DNA of 25,297 nucleotides from a virus (lineage: Duplodnaviria > Caudoviricetes). Below, piece after piece: positions 15,832 through 24,199 of this stretch. The stretch spans positions 1 to 25,297 of IMG/VR virus record IMGVR_UViG_3300038492_000162. The stretch is one strand, 5' to 3'. How positions within the stretch are numbered: position 1 is the stretch's first letter; each line of letters begins with the position of its first letter. The notes under the pieces were generated by a model that searched no databases, was not told the origin of the DNA, and worked only from the letters and a program-made list of their open reading frames with translations. A program made the translations under genes and the position numbers.

Positions 15832-16310
15832 TGGACTACTTATCTCCGATTATCGATGAATTCGAAACGATACTGAAGGTAAATCTCAATACGAAGATTC
15901 AGGCGATCGACGCAAGCGTAAAGACGGTGCTCGATAGCTGCTATTCCAAGTCTTCAAAGATGTTTCCAAAGAAGTTTCCCTTTGTTTCCATCTTCTCAAT
16001 GGGAGACGCGCCGGTTGAGAACGTCCACAGCGGCGGCACGATAGAGATAGACTGGCCCATATTCGTTACGGTCGATGTCCTGACCAAATCAGAAGAAGAG
16101 CTGCACCGACTACTCGGGATTTACAATTCAGCAGTCATTGAGTCGGTAGTTCAGGGCACGGACGGGCAACCCTGGGCATTAAACGCGGTAGTGGAAAGAA
16201 TGAGACTGACCCGCGCCAGCATGACTGGGGTTGAAGGCGAAAACGGCACTTTTGTGGGTGGATGCTTTACGCAGTGGGAATGCCTAATGACCCACGATCC
16301 AACAACCTAA
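15831..16310 (+). CDS. Putative tail terminator protein
   Basis: 159 aa with FPFVSI; lies between the neck gene and the tail tube. Confidence 0.55.
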   Translation: MDYLSPIIDEFETILKVNLNTKIQAIDASVKTVLDSCYSKSSKMFPKKFPFVSIFSMGDAPVENVHSGGTIEIDWPIFVTVDVLTKSEEELHRLLGIYNSAVIESVVQGTDGQPWALNAVVERMRLTRASMTGVEGENGTFVGGCFTQWECLMTHDPTT

Positions 16311-16326
16311 GACCAGGTGACAAAAG

Positions 16327-16581
16327 GTGATTGTAAAAGCGAAGATCGACGCGGGTGTGCCCGCCAAAAAAGGATTTATCAGACCTGTTGCCGGGAGAGA
16401 CAACGAAAAAGTGTGGCCCGCATTTAAGGGTGGGCGGCTTGTTCACGGAGGCCCGCTTATCGTTGTCGGTGAACAGTACGAAATCCCAGACGGGACAGAG
16501 CTCCCGACTCCTGGCCTTGGCGAAATCTTCGAGCTGACGACAAATAAGGCGAAGAAAAATGAAGGCAAAGCTGATGCGTAA
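16327..16581 (+). CDS. Hypothetical protein
   Basis: Small ORF in the neck/tail region with a GTG start. Confidence 0.6.
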   Translation: MIVKAKIDAGVPAKKGFIRPVAGRDNEKVWPAFKGGRLVHGGPLIVVGEQYEIPDGTELPTPGLGEIFELTTNKAKKNEGKADA

Positions 16582-17131
16582 GTTACTGTTTCTTTTTATC
16601 TTAGCGCTTCCAGTTGTTGCGATATCTCAGCAACCAAACCGACCCGCCGAGTTTTTCATCAAACCCGAAAATCAATCTGCGGCCACGGTGCAGACGCAAA
16701 TCGACTCGATCAACATTAGATGGGTCGCTGAGTATGTTGGGGCATCCAAGAACAGCCTTGCGACCGTGGACACTGTGTTCAATACAGCATCGACGGCACT
16801 CGACACTTCTCGCTGCTACAGGACGGCGCCGGTCATGTCCGTGTGGTACAACACCGACGACACTGCGGGGTCTTCGGTTGATGTGGATGTCGACTTCTAC
16901 GTTGCGGTCGCTGACGAATTCAATCCACACCCAAAAACACCGCCGCCCTATGATCGATTTGTGCTTGTAAAGTCTCTTAGTATAACATCGGAAACAACTG
17001 GATGGTGGGACTTGACGGACAGCGCAATCCCGCCCGGTAGCTGGTGTTTCTTCATCGTCGATGGCGACGGGTCAAACGGCACAACCGAAACGAAGCTGCG
17101 CGCTGCGTGGTTCGACGAAAACAAGGAATAA
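16574..17131 (+). CDS. Secreted beta-rich protein with Sec signal peptide
   Basis: MRKLLFLFILALPVVAIS-QQ, followed by a Thr/Asp-rich beta-strand pattern. Confidence 0.75.
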   Translation: MRKLLFLFILALPVVAISQQPNRPAEFFIKPENQSAATVQTQIDSINIRWVAEYVGASKNSLATVDTVFNTASTALDTSRCYRTAPVMSVWYNTDDTAGSSVDVDVDFYVAVADEFNPHPKTPPPYDRFVLVKSLSITSETTGWWDLTDSAIPPGSWCFFIVDGDGSNGTTETKLRAAWFDENKE

Positions 17132-17137
17132 ACCCTT

Positions 17138-18175
17138 ATGTCTGGCAGAAGATCGATTTTTGCAATCCAAGGTGCGGCCACCTGGGGCACCGCTGTTGCC
17201 GTCGGCGCTAACGATGGCGCAATGCCGAAAGACCTTCCGACTCCTGCGGTTGACGGGGAAATTGTTGAAGATCAAACGATTGCCAATTTCGGCGAACTTC
17301 AATACATGGACGTGGTCCGCGAGTCCAAGCAGGGCACGATTCCTTTTACGCTCCGCAGGACCGGCGACTGTTGGCCGCTCTTGGCTGCGCTTTTTGGCAA
17401 TGACACAACCACCGGCTCGGGTCCATACACTCATACGTTGAATTGGCAGTACAGCACGTCGAAGTTTAATACGATCGCCTGGGAGATCAGCGATACTGAC
17501 ATCTGTGAAATGCCGTCAGTAAAGCCCATCGGCGCCACGTTCAAGCCAGACGGCAACGGCTTCGTTGATTGTGAAATCGAATTCTTGGCCGACACTGTCA
17601 ACGCTGAGACTGACGACTCCCTGACCAACAACGCTGCGGCATTCAATGCTGTTACCTACATCTCCAAAGAGCTCAAGATCCCATCGGAAGAGCTTAGGCT
17701 TCGGATAAATGCTCAAGGCGGCGCTGCCCTTGGATCTGGAGATGACATTGCAGCAGTTGACTATACGTTGTCAATTAGGCGCCCACTTGAAGGCGACCGG
17801 GTCACGGCGGGAGTCAATACCGGCGCAGAAAAACGCATCTCTGAGCCGATCCAGGACGGACACTCGGACATTCAGCTTTCCTTTGAAGTGCCCGATTATT
17901 CCGATATCACGAAGTTCAACGACTTCAAAGACGAGACGCTTTACAAGGCTGAATTGTATTGGGCGCGCACTGTTTCTTCGGTTGCTTATTCGCTTACTAT
18001 TCAACTCGGCTCACTGCAACCCCTTCCCCCTGGTGGCAATTTGCCAGGCCAAGGCAGGCACCCGCTTATCAGGAATTTCCGAGCGCTTGAGCCGCAATCA
18101 ACACCTACCGGCTTTTCAACCGACGATATTATCAACCTTGTGCTGGTTGACAACCATAGCTCGGTTTACGCATAG
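17138..18175 (+). CDS. Major tail (tube) protein
   Basis: 345 aa directly before the chaperones and tape measure; EATWGTA-like start (AATWGTA) and GSGPYTHTL motif. Confidence 0.82.
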   Translation: MSGRRSIFAIQGAATWGTAVAVGANDGAMPKDLPTPAVDGEIVEDQTIANFGELQYMDVVRESKQGTIPFTLRRTGDCWPLLAALFGNDTTTGSGPYTHTLNWQYSTSKFNTIAWEISDTDICEMPSVKPIGATFKPDGNGFVDCEIEFLADTVNAETDDSLTNNAAAFNAVTYISKELKIPSEELRLRINAQGGAALGSGDDIAAVDYTLSIRRPLEGDRVTAGVNTGAEKRISEPIQDGHSDIQLSFEVPDYSDITKFNDFKDETLYKAELYWARTVSSVAYSLTIQLGSLQPLPPGGNLPGQGRHPLIRNFRALEPQSTPTGFSTDDIINLVLVDNHSSVYA

Positions 18176-18216
18176 AAAAACAATAACCTTGCATTGTAAC
18201 GTGTGGAGATGTAGCG

Positions 18217-18636
18217 ATGCAGCTTGGAAAGAAAAGGGCAACCAAATGGATGTCCTATGAGTTTGACGACGGATCAACAATGAGCGCTGAGATTCGGTAT
18301 CTACCCGAGTCGAGACGACAGGAGCTTGAAGAAAGATTCACGACTAAAGACAAGAAGGGCAAAGAAGAGATAGACTATACTGCCCTTAGACGCTCCATCG
18401 TCGATGAAATTTTCGTCGATTGGTCAGAAGACATCAAGACTCCCGACGGAAAGAAGGCTGAATGCACCGAAGAAAATAAATGGCTTCTCGCCGAGACCGA
18501 CCCGACCTGCGCAGACTACTATATCGACATCGCCAGACTCCCCGGCACCTTTCGATTGGGCGCAGACGAGTTTAAAAAAAAATACGTGGCATCGCTCAGT
18601 ACGTCTACCAATGGCGAAGAAACAAATCAAAGCTAG
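18217..18636 (+). CDS. Tail assembly chaperone (lambda gpG analogue)
   Basis: IFVDWSEDIKTPDGKKAECTEENK; GGAG SD; slippery run near its end. Confidence 0.82.
   Translation: MQLGKKRATKWMSYEFDDGSTMSAEIRYLPESRRQELEERFTTKDKKGKEEIDYTALRRSIVDEIFVDWSEDIKTPDGKKAECTEENKWLLAETDPTCADYYIDIARLPGTFRLGADEFKKKYVASLSTSTNGEETNQS
18571..18582 (+). promoter_or_regulatory. Programmed -1 frameshift site TTT AAA AAA AAA
   Basis: The -1 frame has TAA at 18573 and is then open from 18576 to 18956. Confidence 0.85.
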
Positions 18637-18956
18637 ATTGCGCGTCGTGCATTGAGCTACACGAAAGAACTTCGGGAGAAGAGCCCGACCACAAAGCTTG
18701 CAAAATGCCCAACGAATTGCGCGACCCGCTCTATCGTTTCGGGCATTTTTCTTTAGAAGTCGCTCGGGTGTACGAGATCTATCTTTTGCTTTCTAGTGCA
18801 GCGGTGCAAGAGCGCGGCCTTCAGCAGTTTACGGTTGATGCTTTTTGGCCCGACATGGAGCAGCACGAAAAAAGAATGCTCGTTATTGGCACGATTGAGC
18901 TTGATAATTTCCACAGAGAAAAGAGAGAATTGAGCGAGAATGGCGCTAGTTCTTGA
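18576..18956 (+). CDS. -1 frameshift extension (gpGT analogue C-terminal part)
   Basis: IRGIAQYVYQWRRNKSKLDCASC...KMPNELRDPLY... continues into track ORF 18705..18956 and overlaps the tape measure start. Confidence 0.82.
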   Translation, partial: KKIRGIAQYVYQWRRNKSKLDCASCIELHERTSGEEPDHKACKMPNELRDPLYRFGHFSLEVARVYEIYLLLSSAAVQERGLQQFTVDAFWPDMEQHEKRMLVIGTIELDNFHREKRELSENGASS

Positions 18957-20559
18957 CACAAAGGTAAATACCAGGAAGGCGAAGCGGGAGATCCGCGAGC
19001 TTTCGGACGATGGCGCAAAGAGCATAAAGAAGCTTGAGCGGCAATCAACTTCGTCTAGTCGAGCTATGGCAGCGGGCTTTGTCGCTACTACACGTTCACT
19101 GGCGGGTCTTGGCGCTCTCTTTGCGGGTGGCAGCGGGCTATCGAACGTCATTCGCCTTGCTTCCGACATGGAAGAAGTCAACTCTAGATTCCGTGTGGTT
19201 TTCAAGGACATCGAAGACGAAGCGACTGCAACCTTTGCAAAAATTGCTGATGAAGTCGGGCGCTCAAATCTTGCAATGCAGCGCTTTGCAGGGAATACGG
19301 CGGACATACTAAAGCCCCTGGGATTCGCGACGAGCGAAGCGCTTACGCTCTCAGCAAGCCTTACGCGCCTTGCGTTGGATGTCGCCAGCTTCACCAACGC
19401 CCAAGATGCTGATGTTATCAGGGCCTTTAATGCAGCCTTGACGGGGGAAAGGGAAAGCCTGAAGACCTACGGCATTGTCATTTCTGAAGCCGACGTCAAG
19501 CAGGAAGCTTACACGTCTGGACTGCAGAAGCAGGGGCAGGAGCTTACCAAGACACAGAAAGCCCTTGCCACCTACAATTTGCTCCTGGCGAACACAAAAG
19601 ACGCCCAGGGTGACGCCACGCGCACAGCAGAAAGCTTTGCAAATCAATCCAAGCGCCTGGCTGCCAACATGGAAGAGCTTGGAGTGAATATCGGCACAAT
19701 TGTTTTGCCTGGCGTGAACAAGCTCACCACGGACATCAACAAACTATTCTCCACAATTAGAGACATTGGCGCACAGGAAACAGCCTTGACCGGGCTGCAG
19801 GTAGGCATCCTGAATGCTCTCGGTCTATACGGGAAGGCTGCGGATGAAGTTGTTGAGCTTGGCGAGAAAATAAAGCAAAACACCGCCGAGCAAGAGACGC
19901 AAAACACATCCTTGGGAACTTCTCTCGACGCAATCAAGGGTCGTGTGGCAAACGAGAAAACCATAAACGACACTCTGAAAGAGCGGAATAAAATCCTGAA
20001 GGCACAATTGCCGACAATCACCGAGATAATGGACGAGCAAGAGCGGCTATTTTCCGCCGGGGCGAAGAACGCAGAAAGGTTTGCCCGAGATCAGTCTATA
20101 CAGCGCTACATCGAAAGGATCATGAAGGCGCCACAATCAAGCCCGGTCCAGTTTGACGTTGAGCTTGCCGACGGATTTCTCGGCGACGCGATCGAGCAGA
20201 CAAACGAGCTATTAAACAAGACGCAGGAAGTGCAAAGCGGCTTCCGTGAAGTCGGAGACATTATACGCGCTGGCGTTGTCGATGCTCTCGTTGACGCCGT
20301 CTTTCTCACTGGAGACTTGAATAGTGCGCTTCGTGGCATCTCTCGATCGGTGCTGAGATCGATTCTTGACCAAACGCTATCACAGATCACCGGTGGCGCT
20401 GTTGGCGGTGGCGGTGGCGGCGGACCTGCGTCTGTTATTAACAACTCTTCGAGTATTGCGAACAACATTTCAATCGAGACATCGAGTGTAGATGAAGCTT
20501 TTGTAAGGAATGAGCTTGTCCCGCTTCTGGCTAACGATAGAAACAGGTCTGGACGGTGA
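18940..20559 (+). CDS. Tape measure protein
   Basis: 539 aa, Ala-rich and helical; ASDMEEVNSRFRVVF...ALTGERESLKTYGIVI...AQGDATRTAESFANQ. Confidence 0.93.
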   Translation: MALVLDTKVNTRKAKREIRELSDDGAKSIKKLERQSTSSSRAMAAGFVATTRSLAGLGALFAGGSGLSNVIRLASDMEEVNSRFRVVFKDIEDEATATFAKIADEVGRSNLAMQRFAGNTADILKPLGFATSEALTLSASLTRLALDVASFTNAQDADVIRAFNAALTGERESLKTYGIVISEADVKQEAYTSGLQKQGQELTKTQKALATYNLLLANTKDAQGDATRTAESFANQSKRLAANMEELGVNIGTIVLPGVNKLTTDINKLFSTIRDIGAQETALTGLQVGILNALGLYGKAADEVVELGEKIKQNTAEQETQNTSLGTSLDAIKGRVANEKTINDTLKERNKILKAQLPTITEIMDEQERLFSAGAKNAERFARDQSIQRYIERIMKAPQSSPVQFDVELADGFLGDAIEQTNELLNKTQEVQSGFREVGDIIRAGVVDALVDAVFLTGDLNSALRGISRSVLRSILDQTLSQITGGAVGGGGGGGPASVINNSSSIANNISIETSSVDEAFVRNELVPLLANDRNRSGR

Positions 20560-22673
20560 GCTGGAGCACGACAAGCGCATTTGACGCTATAAATACGCTC
20601 GAATCCAAAGGTACGCCCGTTTGGGTCGTGGAATTCGAAGGGACGCAGTACAACTCTTCGGATGTCTTTTTCTGTACCGGCGCATTCGATTCAATCCCTG
20701 GCACATACTACAAACTGCTACTCAATAACGGCACACTCTCTGCGCCGACGTTTGACATCGTCTCGAACACGCAGCAAAACGGCTATTATGATTTTAGCAT
20801 CGCGATCGACAGTGACAATAGGATTATCCTTGATGTCCTGAGTAATTACGGGATGAACAACCGCAATGTCGTTGTCAAGCTTGGATTCTCAACGCTCGGC
20901 ATAGGAGATTTCACCCAGGTTTACACTGGCAAGGTCCGATCCTATTCCGTCGATTCGATGAAGGCTCACTTTGTTGCTGATATCGGGTTTATTGACCCAA
21001 ATCTTCCCATAATCAAAGAAGAAGCTTTTGTAAATACGCAATTTGCCAGCGACCACACGAATACTGACACAGCCCTTGATTGCGACGACCTGACGGCGTT
21101 CAATAGCAACATCCTTGGGTCGATGGACTATGAGCACCAGGGTTATAGGCCGCTTGTCTATGTCCCGAGACGTCAGGAGGCAATGACTTACAGCCTTATT
21201 ACGACGGCGGGGACTCCTGACGTTATAAACGTGATCAGGGACGCAATCAATATTCCTGCGGCGAACGCCCCATCGATCACGACAGACGACGAGATTCGGC
21301 AAATCTACCAAATGACGCAGTATAATATCGGCGAACTCATTTGTAGAATCATGACCAGCACGGCCGCCGGTACCAATGGCGACTATGATATCGGCGCAGA
21401 TATACCAGGCTTCGGACTTGGCATTTCTTCTTCTCTTGTCAATCACACGCAGATCATAAATGAATGCTACAAGCTGGGGCACTTTAACAGCTTTGAAAAG
21501 TTGATTTTTCACAAGGAAGAGCGCTTCGGCGAATGGATGCAGCGGGTATTGCTGAGAAATATTGAGCCTGCCTTTTTCTACATCGATGAAAGCAACAAGT
21601 ATGCGCTTAGACTCCCCGACATCGTTGAAGACGACGCAGCCGTGACGATCACCCGTGAAGAGATGGGGCAATCATTCACCTACACGGCCCTTGATCAGTC
21701 CGTCGTGACACAAAAGACAGTGATTTTTGATCACCCCGAGATCTTCGACAAGGATTTTCAAGTACAGCTTCCTTTTCGCTCAACAACGCCCTGGTCGAAC
21801 GGCGTAGAAGCGCAGGAAACAATTCATTATACTATCGGCGAGTCTGTTTCGGAGCTTGCAACGAAGTACGATAATGTGCCAGATCCCGGCTCTGTCAACG
21901 AAAGCCCGACGTCGTTTGTTTACGAACTCCCCGACAAGCTAAGGCGGTCACTGTCGTACTCCGCCAACGGCGCCGTTGAATTGACTTTCGATGCCAGAAT
22001 CGAGCATATCACCTATCAGGTCGGCGACGTCATAGACATTACAAACGACATGATACCGAACTTGGACACGGCTGCGCGTGGAGTCACCAACTTAAAAGGC
22101 ATTATCGTTGCCGCGAAGTGTGGCATGAACCAAAAGCCCGTTTTCACGGTGCTCTTGCTGGACGCCTGGCCGTCCCGTCACAACATCATAAGCGACTCCA
22201 ATATCATCGCCGAGGGCAACATAACAAGGAAAGCGGCCACCTACAGCACGAACACCACGACGACCATCGAAGCCGCCGATGCCTATTACGACAATTCGAC
22301 CACGCAGCACGACGGCAACCTTATGTTTGCCAAGGTGAGAATCACGCCACCAAACACGGCGACTGATAGCCTTGAGCACGTTCGCGTCGAATTTAAGTTC
22401 GTGGATGCTCTCACCAGCGGCACCGAGCAGGTTTTTGATGGCGGATCTCCTTTGTTTGGACTACCTTACAACCCGTCGAATTCAGCGGCGATCGAATACA
22501 GGCTTTGCATTTACGCTTACGAACCCGTCACAAATGTAAACTATATCGGCATGGACTACTCGTACAGGTCTTCGTCTTCTGGAAACCAGCCGACCGTCGA
22601 GCTTGTCGGTCTTGAATTCTACGTGGAAAACATCGAAGTCCAGCCGGTTTCAAGCGAAGTGGCTTTCTTATGA
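20556..22673 (+). CDS. Tail-tip hub/baseplate-like protein
   Basis: 705 aa after the tape measure; PVWVVEF, VVVKLGF...VYTGKV, FFYIDESNKYAL, YQVGDVIDIT patterns. Confidence 0.65.
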   Translation: MSWSTTSAFDAINTLESKGTPVWVVEFEGTQYNSSDVFFCTGAFDSIPGTYYKLLLNNGTLSAPTFDIVSNTQQNGYYDFSIAIDSDNRIILDVLSNYGMNNRNVVVKLGFSTLGIGDFTQVYTGKVRSYSVDSMKAHFVADIGFIDPNLPIIKEEAFVNTQFASDHTNTDTALDCDDLTAFNSNILGSMDYEHQGYRPLVYVPRRQEAMTYSLITTAGTPDVINVIRDAINIPAANAPSITTDDEIRQIYQMTQYNIGELICRIMTSTAAGTNGDYDIGADIPGFGLGISSSLVNHTQIINECYKLGHFNSFEKLIFHKEERFGEWMQRVLLRNIEPAFFYIDESNKYALRLPDIVEDDAAVTITREEMGQSFTYTALDQSVVTQKTVIFDHPEIFDKDFQVQLPFRSTTPWSNGVEAQETIHYTIGESVSELATKYDNVPDPGSVNESPTSFVYELPDKLRRSLSYSANGAVELTFDARIEHITYQVGDVIDITNDMIPNLDTAARGVTNLKGIIVAAKCGMNQKPVFTVLLLDAWPSRHNIISDSNIIAEGNITRKAATYSTNTTTTIEAADAYYDNSTTQHDGNLMFAKVRITPPNTATDSLEHVRVEFKFVDALTSGTEQVFDGGSPLFGLPYNPSNSAAIEYRLCIYAYEPVTNVNYIGMDYSYRSSSSGNQPTVELVGLEFYVENIEVQPVSSEVAFL

Positions 22674-24199
22674 TACACAGCCCGCCAAGATTGACATACA
22701 ACGGGGTCAACCTGGACTTTCCTAGGATGTTTCAGGTTTACAATCCCGTGCCAATGAACAACAATACAGAGCTCGGGCTTTCAACTGGCAAGGTTGAAAT
22801 ATTGAATTGGTACGAGCGTTTCAATATAGAAGTGGCTCGCGGCAGAATCGACCCTGCGACGGCTCAAGCGGTAGAAAGATGGTACAACTACTGCAAGGCC
22901 GGGGCGTCCTTCTCTTTTGTTTACGACATGGGCCTCGCCTTTTACATTGGCATGAACGGCGAAGAGCTGCTGACGAACGATCGTGGAGCGATCACGACAA
23001 CGCGAGCAGGCGCCGACGCCTACTATCAGAACCCGTCCACCGGCTTTATTGAAGCGGCGGCCGCGAACACGCCACGCTTTGAAAGTGGCAAGTTTGGCGC
23101 AGCGCTTTTATCAGAGAGAGCAGGCACAAACCTTTGCCAGAGATCGTCCGAAGTAAGCCATGCAGCGTGGACTAAGGTCACTTGCTCGGCCACTGCTGAC
23201 GTTGCTTTCATTGAAGATCCTGCAAATGGCAACACCGCCGACATGATCACGTCGAGCGGAACGAATTGGCATGCAGCGTACAATACAGGCGTCGCGGCCA
23301 CGGGGCGGGGTGTGGCTTCTATTTACGCCAAGGCTCGATACAACACCGAAGCGATCACGCTCAGGCTGACCGGCAGCAGCGGCGGCCCTGAGTCAGACCA
23401 AGCCGCAACCCTGACAACTGGAGACTGGCAGCGAATACAGGTCGCGAACACTAACTTACCTACCGGTAACTGGCAGGTCGAGATACAGGGCGCCACGGCG
23501 GGTCAAAACGTGCTTGTGTGGGGTGTGCAGATCGAAGACGGGCGGTCGGTCGCATCTTCTTATATGCCTGGATCTGGAGCTGTAGGAACGCGAACCGCAG
23601 GAGACGTCCACACCCTAACCGTGGGAAGCGGTGTCGTTAATCCTATGCGTGGCTCGGTCGCCTTTTGGCTCTATCCGCAATGGGTCTACAACAACGGTCG
23701 CCAGCACTCCATTATCAGGCTTGGCACGTCTTCGGATTATGCGGTGCAGATCGTGAAGAACAGCGGAAACAACTTTGAAGTCTCTGCGAAGCTGGCCGGG
23801 TCTACGCAAATCTTCCACATCGCCACAAACGGTAGCTTTATCAACTCCCAGGCCTGGAATCATTTCGCCTTTACCTGGGACTATGAAGCCGGATCGACAG
23901 CGCTTTACCATAACGGCACGGAAAGGTCTACAGGATCACAGGCGACGGAAGTCGTACAGCCTGTCACTGCGATTCAAATAGGCGACGCGACTAACGGCAT
24001 GGACGGAAAGATAGACGATATTTGCGTCTGGAGAAACCCGCTTTCAGCTACCGAAGTCGGTCACATTTACAACCTGGGAAAGGCCATAGGTTACGGGCGT
24101 AATCGATGGGATGCTCTGCGCGTTAAATCGCACAACCTAAAGCAAAACTCAACCAATCTATATGATTGGGCAGCGACATTCGAGGAGATCATATCTTGA
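22670..24199 (+). CDS. Distal-tail (Dit)-like protein with inserted carbohydrate-binding and LamG/ConA-like domains
   Basis: N-terminal ...WYNYCKAGASFSFVYD and C-terminal WAATFEEI flank TPRFE...GVQIEDG...SSYMP and the LamG signature GSVAFWLYP...WNHFAFTWD...LYHNG...DGKIDDICVW. Confidence 0.7.
   Translation: MIHSPPRLTYNGVNLDFPRMFQVYNPVPMNNNTELGLSTGKVEILNWYERFNIEVARGRIDPATAQAVERWYNYCKAGASFSFVYDMGLAFYIGMNGEELLTNDRGAITTTRAGADAYYQNPSTGFIEAAAANTPRFESGKFGAALLSERAGTNLCQRSSEVSHAAWTKVTCSATADVAFIEDPANGNTADMITSSGTNWHAAYNTGVAATGRGVASIYAKARYNTEAITLRLTGSSGGPESDQAATLTTGDWQRIQVANTNLPTGNWQVEIQGATAGQNVLVWGVQIEDGRSVASSYMPGSGAVGTRTAGDVHTLTVGSGVVNPMRGSVAFWLYPQWVYNNGRQHSIIRLGTSSDYAVQIVKNSGNNFEVSAKLAGSTQIFHIATNGSFINSQAWNHFAFTWDYEAGSTALYHNGTERSTGSQATEVVQPVTAIQIGDATNGMDGKIDDICVWRNPLSATEVGHIYNLGKAIGYGRNRWDALRVKSHNLKQNSTNLYDWAATFEEIIS

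Noticed and set aside
20392-20426. GGC/GGT run near the tape measure end
   Set aside because: Simply encodes a poly-Gly linker.
20889-21671. 260-aa minus-strand ORF (also 12720..13337, 18753..19397, 297..854)
   Set aside because: Antisense shadows of well-supported + strand genes, with no motifs.
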